Assembly (NCBI GenBank): GCA_963785645.1
Contig: CAWAWG010000002.1
Coordinates: 156,839-220,838 of the forward strand
Direction: 5' to 3'
Length of the DNA: 64,000 nt
DNA from: an uncultured Actinomycetota bacterium
GTDB lineage: Bacteria; Actinomycetota; Actinomycetes; Streptosporangiales; Streptosporangiaceae
Below, piece after piece: positions 21,305-32,122 of the stretch. Each line of letters begins with the position of its first letter. Position 1 is the first letter of the stretch. The translations under genes and the position numbers were made by a program. Under the pieces are notes generated by a model, which worked only from the letters and a program-made list of their open reading frames with translations, was not told the origin of the DNA and did no database searches.

Positions 21305-21477
21305 GGGCACCTCCCGCCAAACCCGACCGTAACGCCCCAATAGTGGCAGTTGCGCATGCCCGGCGCGCTCGGATAGAAGCACCTCGATGTTCCCGTACGT
21401 TACCGTCGGCACTCCCGCGCCGGAACGGCCAGTACGACCACTGATACCAGCACCGCACCCGTCGAACGCGCAGGTCT

Positions 21478-21820
21478 CACAGATTGAGGGCCGAGGTCCG
21501 CACCGCACCGGCGGTGCGGCGGATGTTTCGCCCGCCCCGGTGCAGTGTCGCTGACCGACGGATCTCGCCGCACGGCGGGCGGCCCGGGCGCGTGCCGGAT
21601 ATGCCCGGAAGATCCGGCCGCTCCCGCGACGCGGCCCGTTACCGGGTCAATTCCGCAGGTTATAACCTGCTTTATTGACCACTAAAGCGAAAACCTTGGC
21701 GGCCGTCCCGTCGCCCGCAGCGCCTCGCCCGCACCGGGATATTCAGGCACCATGTCGCGCACGTCCCGGGGGCATCCCGGGTGGACGCGTCACCGACCCA
21801 GGCCTTTCAGTCCCGGTAGG
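21478..21820 (+). mobile_element. ~340-bp non-coding quasi-palindromic dispersed element (MITE-like), copy 1
   Basis: Reverse-complement match to 46016-46362; imperfect terminal inverted repeats; central GCAGGTTATAACCTGC palindrome. Confidence 0.7.
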
Positions 21821-21852
21821 TCCGTCGCGTCAATCCCGGTAGGTCCGTCGCG
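21808..21852 (+). repeat. 23-bp-period tandem duplication at the element end
   Basis: CA(G/A)TCCCGGTAGGTCCGTCGCG at 21808 and 21831. Confidence 0.85.
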
Positions 21853-22113
21853 GTGGCGGTCGGCCGTTAGGCCGGACCTTCCGCCGCGACGCTGGGAGCG
21901 GACCCGGTCTCAGCCGGCGCCGCCAAGACGGAGTAACGAAGTGCGGTTGCCGTATCGGTCGTTAGCGGGCCGCCATGCCTTAATCGTGCAGTTCTGGTAA
22001 ACATTCGTTCGCCGCTGGAGGGGAGGAAAGGAGTTTGCCTGCGGATGGCGAACTGGTAAGTGCCTGGATCACTTTCAGTTTTCACTCGGGAAGTCTTACG
22101 GGTTTTAACAGGA

Positions 22114-22155
22114 AGTGGATGTTTAGGAACGTCGCGACGTTCCTAAACATCCACT
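22114..22155. repeat. Perfect 42-bp palindrome
   Basis: AGTGGATGTTTAGGAACGTCG|CGACGTTCCTAAACATCCACT is its own reverse complement. Confidence 0.95.
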
Positions 22156-22196
22156 GTGCCCCGCCGCCGGGAGCGTCCCGGCCGTTCCGGCCCGAT

Positions 22197-22575
22197 TTAA
22201 CTTTGGGTTTTCTTCTTGGGATTCGCGCCCGCCGGCTTGAGTGACGCGCAGGCCGCCCGTGCGGCCGCCGGGATCCCGCCGCCGCCCTTGTGCGCGCCTG
22301 CTGTGCCGGTCGGCTTCGCGGTCGGCTTGGCCGTCGGCTTCGCGGTCGGTTTCCCAGTCGGCAGGACCGCACCGTGCGCCTTCAAGCAGGTGGGAATAGG
22401 CTGCCTTGCTCGCGTTCACGCTAATCGCGGGTGAACCCGACCCGGCGGCAGCGGCCGGGGCGGATGTCGCGGAAGATCCGCACGCGGTTGCGAGCAAAAG
22501 TACACCGCTCCCGGCGACCGCCATCAACCAGGAGCGCGAAGCGTTTCTCACGGTGGAACGAAAGGCAGGGGACAT
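22197..22575 (-). CDS. Small secreted lipoprotein (frameshift near 22390)
   Basis: Lipobox LATAC; CLKAHG...AACASLKP cysteine pair; KPTA tandem repeats. Confidence 0.7.
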
Positions 22576-22811
22576 TGTTCTACCTCGATTCACGATGAGC
22601 AGGCTTGCCCCCGCTCCCCGCCATCGGGGAGCCAGGCCTGCGGGGCCAGACCGTCAGACAGAGATTAGAGCACGCACATAGGAATGGCACAATTTTGCGG
22701 AAAAATAACCGAATAATTACGCTCTGGCCATAAGGCTTCGCGAACCGGTGCCCACTGATATGGCGGTGAATCTCGCCGAGATACCACCATTCGTTCGGGA
22801 GAAGATTGCTT

Positions 22812-24362
22812 TTAAATAGCGCGGTCGCGAGCGGACCAGTAGGGATCGCGAAGCCGACGCTTATAGAGTTTCCCGTTGGGATCGCGCGGCAGTTCCGCGG
22901 CGTAGTCAATGGTTCTCGGCAGCTTGAACCGGGCGATCCGCCCGTCGAGGAAGGACAGCAGTTCCGCGGTCAGTCCGGGGCCCGGCGTGACCCCGTCCGC
23001 CGGCTGCACCACGGCCTTGATCTCCTCGCCCCACTCCTCATGCGGGATGCCGAAGACCGCGACGTCGTCGACCGCCGGGTGGCAGGACAGTTCCGCCTCG
23101 ATCTCCGCCGGGTAGATGTTTACCCCGCCCGAGATGATCATGTCGCCCTTGCGGTCGCAGAGGTAGAGGTAACCGTCCGCGTCCAGGTAGCCGATGTCGC
23201 CGACGGTGAACATGCCCCGGGCCCGCGAGGCGAGCGTCTTCTCTGTGTCCTTGTGGTAGTCGAAGGTGGACGTGCCCATACGCAGGTAGACGAGCCCCGG
23301 CTCCCCCGTCGGCAGGTCGTCGCCGTTGTCGTCAAGAACCCGCACCGCTGATCCCGGCCACGCCTGGCCGACGGATCCGGGCCGGGCGAGCCACTCCCTG
23401 GCGGTGATGCCGGTGCCGCCGCCTTCCGTCGCCGCGTAGTACTCGGTCACTACCGGTCCCCACCAGTCCAGCATCCGCTGCTTTACTTCGCGCGGGCACG
23501 GCGCGGCGCCGTGGATGGCCGCGCGCAGCGAACTGACGTCGTAGTCCGCGCGCACCGGCTCGGGCAGCGCGAGCAGCCGCCGGAACTGCGTCGGCACCAT
23601 GTGGGTGTGGGTCACGCTGTGCCGGTCGATGAGCGCGAGCATGGCCTGCGGATCGAACCGGTCCATCAGCACGACCGGGTGGCCGAGCTGGAGGGAGATC
23701 GTCGCGAAGTTCAGCACCGCCGTGTGATAAAGCGGCGAACAGCACAGGTGCACATGGTCATCGAACGGCGCCAGGCCGAACAGCCCGAAGAACCAGGTGC
23801 TCGCGCCGGGCGGGCGGTCCGGGTCCTCGCCGGTGAGCGCGCGCCGCACGCCCTTCGGACGGCCCGAGGTGCCCGAGGTGTAGACCATGGGAGCGCCCAT
23901 GGTGCGCTCTCCCGGGCACCCCTCACCCGCGGCGCCGAGCGAAGCCAGCGGCGTGAACCCGGGAACCGCGCCCACGGCGAACCGGGCGCCGGGCGCGATG
24001 CCCGCCTGGTCCGCCGCTGCCGCCGCGACCGCGGCGAACCGCTCGTCCGCCACGAACGCGCCCGCGCCGCTGTCCGCGAGTATGTAGGCGACCTCGGCGG
24101 CGGCGAGGTGCCAGTTCAGCGGCACCACGTAGAGTCCGGTCTCCATCGCCGCGAAGAAAAGCGCGAGCGCGGCCGAGCCGTTGGGCAGCATTCCGGCCAC
24201 GGTGTCGCCCGGGGTGAGCCCGAGCGCTTGCAGGCCGCGCGCGATCTGGTCGGCCCTGGCGGCCAGCTCCTGGTAAGAGACGGCGGTGCCGTCGGGCTCG
24301 ATCACCGCCGTGCGGTCCGGGCGCTGCGCCGCGATGGTCCACAAGCCAATGTCGTCGCTCAC
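22812..24362 (-). CDS. Acyl-CoA synthetase (FadD-like)
   Basis: YTSGTSGRPKG, EYYAATEGG, GDIGYLD, SGGVNIYPAEIE. Confidence 0.9.
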   Translation of the reverse strand: MSDDIGLWTIAAQRPDRTAVIEPDGTAVSYQELAARADQIARGLQALGLTPGDTVAGMLPNGSAALALFFAAMETGLYVVPLNWHLAAAEVAYILADSGAGAFVADERFAAVAAAAADQAGIAPGARFAVGAVPGFTPLASLGAAGEGCPGERTMGAPMVYTSGTSGRPKGVRRALTGEDPDRPPGASTWFFGLFGLAPFDDHVHLCCSPLYHTAVLNFATISLQLGHPVVLMDRFDPQAMLALIDRHSVTHTHMVPTQFRRLLALPEPVRADYDVSSLRAAIHGAAPCPREVKQRMLDWWGPVVTEYYAATEGGGTGITAREWLARPGSVGQAWPGSAVRVLDDNGDDLPTGEPGLVYLRMGTSTFDYHKDTEKTLASRARGMFTVGDIGYLDADGYLYLCDRKGDMIISGGVNIYPAEIEAELSCHPAVDDVAVFGIPHEEWGEEIKAVVQPADGVTPGPGLTAELLSFLDGRIARFKLPRTIDYAAELPRDPNGKLYKRRLRDPYWSARDRAI

Positions 24363-24365
24363 CAG

Positions 24366-24419
24366 CCCAATCTAGAACGCGTTCTAGATTGGGACAAGCA
24401 ATTACTAGAACACGTTCTA
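24366..24419. promoter_or_regulatory. Tandem KstR operators in a divergent promoter
   Basis: TAGAACGCGTTCTA within a perfect 28-bp palindrome (24366-24393); TAGAACACGTTCTA at 24406-24419. Confidence 0.9.
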
Positions 24420-24429
24420 CAATGAGCGG

Positions 24430-25443
24430 GTGAGCGACACCCCGCTGCGTGCACCGATGGAGATCGCGTTCGACTACACGCGGTCGCTCGGGCCGGTGCT
24501 CAGCCAGTTCATGACCGGACTCAGGGAGCAGCGCATCCTCGGCGCGCGCGGCGCGGACGGGCGGGTGCACGCACCGCCGTTCGAGTACGACCCGGTAACG
24601 TACCGCCCGCCGGCCGAACTGGTCGCGGTCGGGCCGGCCGGGACCGTGCTGACCTGGACGTGGCTGCCCGAGCCGCTGCCTGACCAGCCGCTTGACCGCC
24701 CGTTCGGCTGGGCGCTGATCCGGCTGGACGGCGCGGATACCGCGATGCTGCACGCGGTGGACGCCGGCTCCGCCGCCGCGATGCGGACGGGGATGCGGGT
24801 CCGGGCACGCTGGGCAGCCGACCGCAACGGCAGCATCCGCGATATCGCCTGCTTCGAGCCGTGCCCCTCGCTTCCGGAAACGCCGCCAGGGGCAGCAGAG
24901 ACAGCCGCGGTGCCAGAGACAGCCGACGCATCCGGGGCATCCGGCGCCGGGGCAGCGGGCGATCCGGTCACGATGACGCTGGCTCCCGTACGGCTGCGCT
25001 ATCAGCACACCGCGTCCCTCGCGGAGAGCGACTACCTGCACGGGCTGGCCGAAGGGCGGCTGATCGGGCAGCGGTGCCCCGCGTGCGGGAAGGTGTACAT
25101 CCCGTCGAAGGGGACATGCCCCGCCGACGGGGTGCCCACCGACAGCGACGTCGAGCTTCCCGACACCGGGACCGTCACCACGTTCTCCGTGGTGAACGTG
25201 GGCTACCCGGGGCAGGAGGTCAAGCCGCCCTACGTGGCGGCCGCGGTGCTGCTCGACGGGGCGGACATCGCCTTCCAGCATCTCATCCTCGGCTGCGACC
25301 CGGCCGAGGTGCGGATGGGCATGCGGGTGCGGGCGGTATGGCGGCCCCGGGAGGAATGGAGCACGACCTTCAGGAACATCAGCCACTTCGCGCCGGCCGG
25401 CGAGCCGGACGCCCCGTACGAGTCCTTTGCGAGGTTCCTGTGA
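24430..25443 (+). CDS. Tandem DUF35 Zn-ribbon/OB-fold protein (Rv3521-like)
   Basis: FDYTRSLGPV, CPACGKVYIP..CP, two OB folds; precedes ltp4-ltp3. Confidence 0.85.
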   Translation: MSDTPLRAPMEIAFDYTRSLGPVLSQFMTGLREQRILGARGADGRVHAPPFEYDPVTYRPPAELVAVGPAGTVLTWTWLPEPLPDQPLDRPFGWALIRLDGADTAMLHAVDAGSAAAMRTGMRVRARWAADRNGSIRDIACFEPCPSLPETPPGAAETAAVPETADASGASGAGAAGDPVTMTLAPVRLRYQHTASLAESDYLHGLAEGRLIGQRCPACGKVYIPSKGTCPADGVPTDSDVELPDTGTVTTFSVVNVGYPGQEVKPPYVAAAVLLDGADIAFQHLILGCDPAEVRMGMRVRAVWRPREEWSTTFRNISHFAPAGEPDAPYESFARFL

Positions 25444-26498
25444 CCGAAGTGGCCGTCGTCGGATTCGCCCAGTCGCGCTGCCAGGTCCGCGACGACGCGA
25501 CCACCAGCGGGGTGGAGATGCTGGTGCCGATCTTCGCCGAGGTGCTCGGCGCGGCCGGCCTGACAAAGGCCGACATCGGGTTCTGGTGCTCGGGGTCGTC
25601 GGACTACATGGCCGGACGCGCTTTCTCCTTCGTGCAGGCGGTGGACGCGATCGGCGCCGTTCCCCCGATCGTGGAGTCGCACGTGGAGATGGACGGGGCC
25701 TGGGCGCTGTACGAGGCGTGGGTAAAGATCGTGTCCGGCCAGGCGCAGACCGCTCTGGCGTACGGCTTCGGCAAGTCGTCGGGGGCGGAACTGCGGCGTG
25801 TTCTGGCCCTGCAGCTCGACCCGTACCTGGTGGCCCCGCTGTGGCCGGACTCGGTGTCGGTCGCGGCGCTGCAGGCGCGGCTCGGCATCGAGGCCGGGCT
25901 GTGGAGCGAGAAGGACATGGCGCAGGTCGCGGCGCGCTGCCGGGCGGCGGCGGCCGCCAATCCAGCGGCTCAGGTGTCCGGGGAGGTCGCGATCGAGGAC
26001 CTGCTCGGCCGTCCCTATATCGCCGACCCGCTCCGGGCGCACGACTGCGCTCCGGTCGGCGACGGGGCCGCGGTCGTCGTCTTGGCGTCCGGCGAACGGG
26101 CGCGTGAGCTGTGCGACCGGCCCGCCTGGATCACCTCGTTCGGGCACCGGGCGGGGTCCGGATCGCTGGGGGCGCGGGACCTGCTGAGCGTAGACATCGG
26201 GTCCCTCGGCTCCCCGGAGCCGGTGGACGTGGCCGAACTGCACGCGCCGTTCACCCATCAGGAGATCCTGCTGCGCCAGGCGCTCGGGCTCGGCTGGCCC
26301 GGTGACTTCGGCCAACCGGTCGAGGTCAATCCGTCGGGCGGTGCGCTCTGCGCCAACCCGATGTTCGCCGCCGGGCTCGCCCGGATCGGCTGCGCGGCGC
26401 GGGCGGTCATGTCCGGCCGCGCGGAACGCGCCCTGGGGCACGCGACCAGCGGTCCCGCGCTGCAGCAGAACCTGGTCTGCGTAATGGAGGCACGGTGA
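25440..26498 (+). CDS. ltp4: Thiolase-fold aldolase subunit
   Basis: CSGSSDYMAGRAFSF, ESHVEMDGAWALYEAW, HATSGPALQQNLV. Confidence 0.85.
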   Translation: MTEVAVVGFAQSRCQVRDDATTSGVEMLVPIFAEVLGAAGLTKADIGFWCSGSSDYMAGRAFSFVQAVDAIGAVPPIVESHVEMDGAWALYEAWVKIVSGQAQTALAYGFGKSSGAELRRVLALQLDPYLVAPLWPDSVSVAALQARLGIEAGLWSEKDMAQVAARCRAAAAANPAAQVSGEVAIEDLLGRPYIADPLRAHDCAPVGDGAAVVVLASGERARELCDRPAWITSFGHRAGSGSLGARDLLSVDIGSLGSPEPVDVAELHAPFTHQEILLRQALGLGWPGDFGQPVEVNPSGGALCANPMFAAGLARIGCAARAVMSGRAERALGHATSGPALQQNLVCVMEAR

Positions 26499-27688
26499 AA
26501 CTCGGAAACACGGGGAAACTCGGAAGCACGGGCAAAGCCGCGGTTCTCGGTGTGGGACAGACCCGGCACCGGGCCAAGCGCACCGACGTGTCGATCGCGG
26601 GACTGTGCCGGGAGGCGGCGGACCGGGCGCTGGCCGACGCCGGGCTCACCTTCGCCGACATCGACGCGGTCGTGGTCGGGAAGGCGCCGGACCTGTTCGA
26701 GGGCGTGATGATGCCCGAGCTGTACCTGGCGGACGCGCTCGGCGCGGTCGGCAAGCCGCTGCTGCGGGTGCACACCGCGGGCTCGGTCGGCGGCGCCACC
26801 GGTATCGTCACCGCCAACCTGGTGCAGGCGGGCGTGCACCGGCGGGTGCTAGCGGTGGCGTTCGAGAAGCAGTCGGAATCCAACGCCATGTGGGCGCTGT
26901 CCATCGCGCCGCCGTTCAGCATGCCGGTCGTGGCCAGCGCCGGCGGGTACTTCTCTCCGCACATCCGCGCCTACATCCGCCGCAGCGGCGCGCCGCCGCA
27001 CATCGGGGCGATGGTCGCGGTCAAGGACCGGCGGGGCGGCGCGCGGAACCCGTACGCCCACCTGCAGCAGCCGGACATCACGCTGGAATCGGTGCAGGCC
27101 TCTCCCATGCTCTGGGACCCGGTGCGGTACGACGAGACCTGCCCGTCGTCGGACGGGGCGTGCGCGGTGGTCATCGGCGACGAGGCGGCGGCCGGTGCCA
27201 GCCAGGGGCCGGTGGCATGGATCCGGGCCACCGCGATGCGGACCGAGCCGACGATGTTCGCGGGCAAGGATCCGGTGAACCCGGCGGCGGGTGCCGACGC
27301 CGCGGCCGCGCTGTGGCGGCAGGCCGGCATCACCTCACCGATCGACGAGATCGACGTGGCCGAGATCTACGTCCCGTTCTCCTGGTACGAGCCGATGTGG
27401 CTGGAAAACCTCGGGTTCGCCGCGCCCGGCGAGGGCTGGCGGCTGACCGAGGCGGGTGAGACCGAGATCGGCGGCAAGCTGCCGGTCAACCCGTCAGGCG
27501 GCGTGCTGTCCTCCAACCCGATCGGCGCGTCCGGCCTGCTCCGGTTCGCCGAGGCGGCGCTGCAGGTGATGGGCAAGGCGGGCGCGCACCAGGTGCCGGG
27601 TGCGCGCACCGCGCTCGGCCACGCCTACGGCGGCGGGTCGCAGTACTTCTCCATGTGGGTTGTCTCAAGCGACGATGCGGGTCGCTAG
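26495..27688 (+). CDS. ltp3: Thiolase-fold aldolase subunit
   Basis: GKAPDLFEGVMMPE, ETCPSSDGAC, GHAYGGGSQY. Confidence 0.85.
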   Translation: MKLGNTGKLGSTGKAAVLGVGQTRHRAKRTDVSIAGLCREAADRALADAGLTFADIDAVVVGKAPDLFEGVMMPELYLADALGAVGKPLLRVHTAGSVGGATGIVTANLVQAGVHRRVLAVAFEKQSESNAMWALSIAPPFSMPVVASAGGYFSPHIRAYIRRSGAPPHIGAMVAVKDRRGGARNPYAHLQQPDITLESVQASPMLWDPVRYDETCPSSDGACAVVIGDEAAAGASQGPVAWIRATAMRTEPTMFAGKDPVNPAAGADAAAALWRQAGITSPIDEIDVAEIYVPFSWYEPMWLENLGFAAPGEGWRLTEAGETEIGGKLPVNPSGGVLSSNPIGASGLLRFAEAALQVMGKAGAHQVPGARTALGHAYGGGSQYFSMWVVSSDDAGR

Positions 27689-28908
27689 TAACTGACCGGC
27701 AGCCGCTTTATACCGTTCAGCCACCCCGAACGCAGCCGCTCCGGCTGGCCGACGAGACGGATGTCCGGCATGGCGTCGGCGATGGCGTTGAAGATCAGCC
27801 CGATCTCCATCTTGGCGAGGCTGGCGCCCAGGCAGTAGTGGGCGCCGAACCCGCCGAGCCCGACGTGCGGGTTCGGGTCGCGCCGGATGTCGAACCGCTC
27901 CGGCTGGTCGAAGACATCCTCGTCGAAGTTCGCCGACCGGTAGAACAGGCCGAGCCGCTGCCCCTGCTTGATCTGCTGTCCGCCGAGCTCGGTATCGGCG
28001 AGCGCGGTGCGCTGGAACACCGTGACCGGCGTGCCCCACCGGATGATCTCGTCGGCCGCCGTTTCCGGCCGCTCCGCCTTGAACAGCTCCCACTGGTCCG
28101 GGTGGTCGAAAAAGGCCAGCATCCCGTGCGAGATCGCGTTGCGGGTCGTCTCGTTGCCCGCCACCGCGAGCATGAGCACGAAGTAGCCGAACTCGTCCGG
28201 CGACAGGTGCTCGCCGTCGATCTCCGCGTTGACCAGCTTGGTGACGATGTCATCGCGCGGGTTGGCCGCCCGGTCCTCGGCCATCTCCATGGCGTAGGCG
28301 AGGATCTCCATCGCGGCGACGGTCGAGTCGCCCTCGAATTCCGGGTCGTCGTAGCCGATCATCTCGTTCGACCACTGGAAGATCTTCTTCCTGTCTTCCT
28401 GCGGAACGCCGATCAGGTCCGCGATCGCCTGCAGCGGCAGCTCGCAGGCGACGTCCGTGACGAAGTCGCCGGTGCCCTCGGCCAGCGCGGTGGCGACGAT
28501 CCGCTCGGCCCGCTCGCGCAGGTTGTCCCGCATGCCGCGGACCGACTTGGGGGTAAAGCCGCGGGACACGATGCCGCGCACCTTGGTGTGCTCCGGCGGG
28601 TCGATGTTCAGCAGGATCACCCGCTGCATCTCGATCGAGTCCCGGCCGATGTCCTCCTGGAAGCGGATAAGCGCGGTGTTCTCCCAGCTGGAGTACAGCT
28701 CGGTCCGCCTGGAGACGTCGAGGATGTCGGCGTGCCTGGTGACCGCCCAGAAGCCGTCGTCGTCGAAGCCCGCGGAGCCCCGGCGCTGAGCGTTCCACCA
28801 GACCGGCGCCGAACGGCGCAGCTCGGCGAACTCCTCGGACGGGACCCGCACGGCGTAGAGATCGGGGTCGGTGAAGTCGAAACCCGGCGGTATGCCCGGT
28901 GTGGTCAC
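27685..28908 (-). CDS. cyp125: Cytochrome P450, steroid C26-monooxygenase-like
   Basis: PGFDFTDPD N-terminus, VAGNETTRN I-helix, GAHYCLG heme ligand; divergent from fadA5. Confidence 0.85.
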   Translation of the reverse strand: MTTPGIPPGFDFTDPDLYAVRVPSEEFAELRRSAPVWWNAQRRGSAGFDDDGFWAVTRHADILDVSRRTELYSSWENTALIRFQEDIGRDSIEMQRVILLNIDPPEHTKVRGIVSRGFTPKSVRGMRDNLRERAERIVATALAEGTGDFVTDVACELPLQAIADLIGVPQEDRKKIFQWSNEMIGYDDPEFEGDSTVAAMEILAYAMEMAEDRAANPRDDIVTKLVNAEIDGEHLSPDEFGYFVLMLAVAGNETTRNAISHGMLAFFDHPDQWELFKAERPETAADEIIRWGTPVTVFQRTALADTELGGQQIKQGQRLGLFYRSANFDEDVFDQPERFDIRRDPNPHVGLGGFGAHYCLGASLAKMEIGLIFNAIADAMPDIRLVGQPERLRSGWLNGIKRLPVSY

Positions 28909-28934
28909 GACTACCTCCAGAGGGTGCCCAAAAA

Positions 28935-28948
28935 TGAAACGTGTTCTA
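28935..28948. promoter_or_regulatory. KstR operator in the cyp125/fadA5 spacer
   Basis: TGAAACGTGTTCTA matches the consensus. Confidence 0.85.
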
Positions 28949-28988
28949 TTTTAGTTACAGTACACAAGCTTGCCTGGCCGAACCATAG

Positions 28989-30155
<1,167 letters not shown>

Positions 30156-30611
30156 CATCCGGACCCGCCAGCTACTTTTCGTGACTGGTGATGAAGCTTG
30201 CCCTCCCCGGTCAGGGCGCCGGCGGCGGCGCCGGCGGACATAGGGCCATTTCGTGTTCGAAAAATCATGTCAAAACGGGCATCTACCCGTCAGTACTGGC
30301 CCTATGCCGCTGGCAGCCGGAGAGCACGCCCCGGGACGCCCGCGGGCAGGCCTCCGAACCGACCCCTTAACTTCCTGGCGTTGCGTCATGGCGGATACAA
30401 CGATCCACTATCTTTTCGAGTCCCGCTGTCAACGAGTTCAGTTCATGAAATATCCGGAATTTCGGACCGGCGAAGACAGCAGGCCGGACGACGGCCGCCC
30501 GGGAAGACTGTGCAGCGTGCGGGGCGGCTCGTACTATCGGGATTGAGGCACCGTCGGCGCTTGTGCTCCCCTCCCCCGCCGGCGGAACCGTGCACAGTGG
30601 AGGTGGTTCTC

Positions 30612-31307
30612 GTGCAGGTGGGTGCGGGCGAGAACCTCGCCCAGGTCCGCCAGGCCGAGCTGGTCAGCGCGGAGCGGCACCGGATCGCACGCGACCTGCA
30701 CGACAGCGTCGCCCAGTGCCTGGTCGGCATCGGCATGCACCTGGAATGGTGCCGCAGGCACCTGGACCCGAGCTCCCCCGCCTACGAGCGGCTGGTGGCG
30801 AGCAAGGAACTCGCCCGGGCCGGCCTCGGCTGGGTTCGTTCCGCCGTCGAGGAGCTGTCCGGTTTCGAGCAGCCGGGCATGAGCCTGGGACAGGCGCTGC
30901 GCGACCTGGCGGCGGATTTCCGCTCCGCCGGCCAGCTGCGGGTCTCCGTGCGGGTGACCGCGTGCCAGCGCCAGCTTCCCGCCGCGGTCGAGCACGCGCT
31001 GTTCCAGATCGCCCAGGAAGGACTGTGGAACGTGGTGCGGCACGCCGACGCCACGCAGGCGTGGCTCAGCCTCGCGTACACCGAGGATCAGATAAGGCTC
31101 AGCGTCTCCGACGACGGCTCCGGCGACCCCGCCGCCGTCGGCCGCCGCGGCACCGCGGAGATGCTGAGCGGCCCGCAGAACCACGGGCTGCGGAACATCG
31201 CCGAGCGGGCGGCAGAACTCGGCGGCGAGGTGAGACTGACCCGGCGGCGGGGCGGCGGCCTCCGGGTCAGTGTCCGCGTGCCCGCGCAGGCGGCGAAGGG
31301 GGCATGA
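30612..31307 (+). CDS. NarX-type histidine kinase core without sensor domain (MadS/MnoS-like, possibly truncated)
   Basis: ERHRIARDLHDSVAQ H-box, EGLWNVVRHA N-box, DDGSG; upstream frame is not kinase-like. Confidence 0.7.
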   Translation: MQVGAGENLAQVRQAELVSAERHRIARDLHDSVAQCLVGIGMHLEWCRRHLDPSSPAYERLVASKELARAGLGWVRSAVEELSGFEQPGMSLGQALRDLAADFRSAGQLRVSVRVTACQRQLPAAVEHALFQIAQEGLWNVVRHADATQAWLSLAYTEDQIRLSVSDDGSGDPAAVGRRGTAEMLSGPQNHGLRNIAERAAELGGEVRLTRRRGGGLRVSVRVPAQAAKGA

Positions 31308-31963
31308 GCCGCACCGAGACGGCACTCCCCGTCCGGATCCTCGTGGTGGACGACCACACGATCGTGCGGCAGGGGCTGCGCTCGATCCTCGACCTGGAAC
31401 CGGACTTCACGGTGGTCGGCGAGGCCGCCGACGCCGAGCAGGCCGTCACGGAGACCGCCCGGCTGAGCCCCGACGTGGTGCTGCTCGACCTGATGCTCAG
31501 CGACCGCGCGCCCGCGGAGGGCCTTGACGTCTGCGCCGAGCTGCGCGAAAAGCACCCCCGGGTAAACATCGTCGTGCTCACCACGTTCCTTGACGAGCGA
31601 CTGCTGCTCGGCGCGCTGCGGCGCGGTGCGAGCGGCTACGCGCTCAAGGACGTCGACACGGTAGAACTCGCCCGCATCATCCGCAGCGTGCACAGCGGCC
31701 AGTCCGCGTTCGACCCGCGCAGCGCGAAACTCGTCGTCCGCTCGCTGACCGGCGAGCCGGGCCCGCCGGCCCGGCCGCTCAGCGAGCGCGAGCTCGAGGT
31801 CATCCGGCTGGTCGCCCAGGGCGCCACCAACCTGCGGGTCGCCCGGGAACTCTACGTGAGCGAGAGCACCGTCAAGTACCACCTGCGGACCGCCATGCGC
31901 AAGCTCGGGGCAAGCGACCGGACCGAGCTGGTCTACCGCGCGAGCGCCAAGGGCCTGCTGTAG
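31304..31963 (+). CDS. NarL/LuxR response regulator (MadR/MnoR-like)
   Basis: VVDDHTIVRQG, VVLLDL, LSERELEV..TVKYHL. Confidence 0.9.
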   Translation: MSRTETALPVRILVVDDHTIVRQGLRSILDLEPDFTVVGEAADAEQAVTETARLSPDVVLLDLMLSDRAPAEGLDVCAELREKHPRVNIVVLTTFLDERLLLGALRRGASGYALKDVDTVELARIIRSVHSGQSAFDPRSAKLVVRSLTGEPGPPARPLSERELEVIRLVAQGATNLRVARELYVSESTVKYHLRTAMRKLGASDRTELVYRASAKGLL

Positions 31964-32122
31964 GTGCCTGTCCGGTCGGCCAGGCGGAGGCCACCCATTC
32001 GCGCAGCAGCCTGTTGCGCGAATGGGCCAGATGTTCCGCTGGTCGGAGCGGTGACGGCCGGTAACCCTGATCCCTAGCATCGGGCGTAACGGACAAAAAT
32101 GGCTGACACAGAGAGGTGCGCC

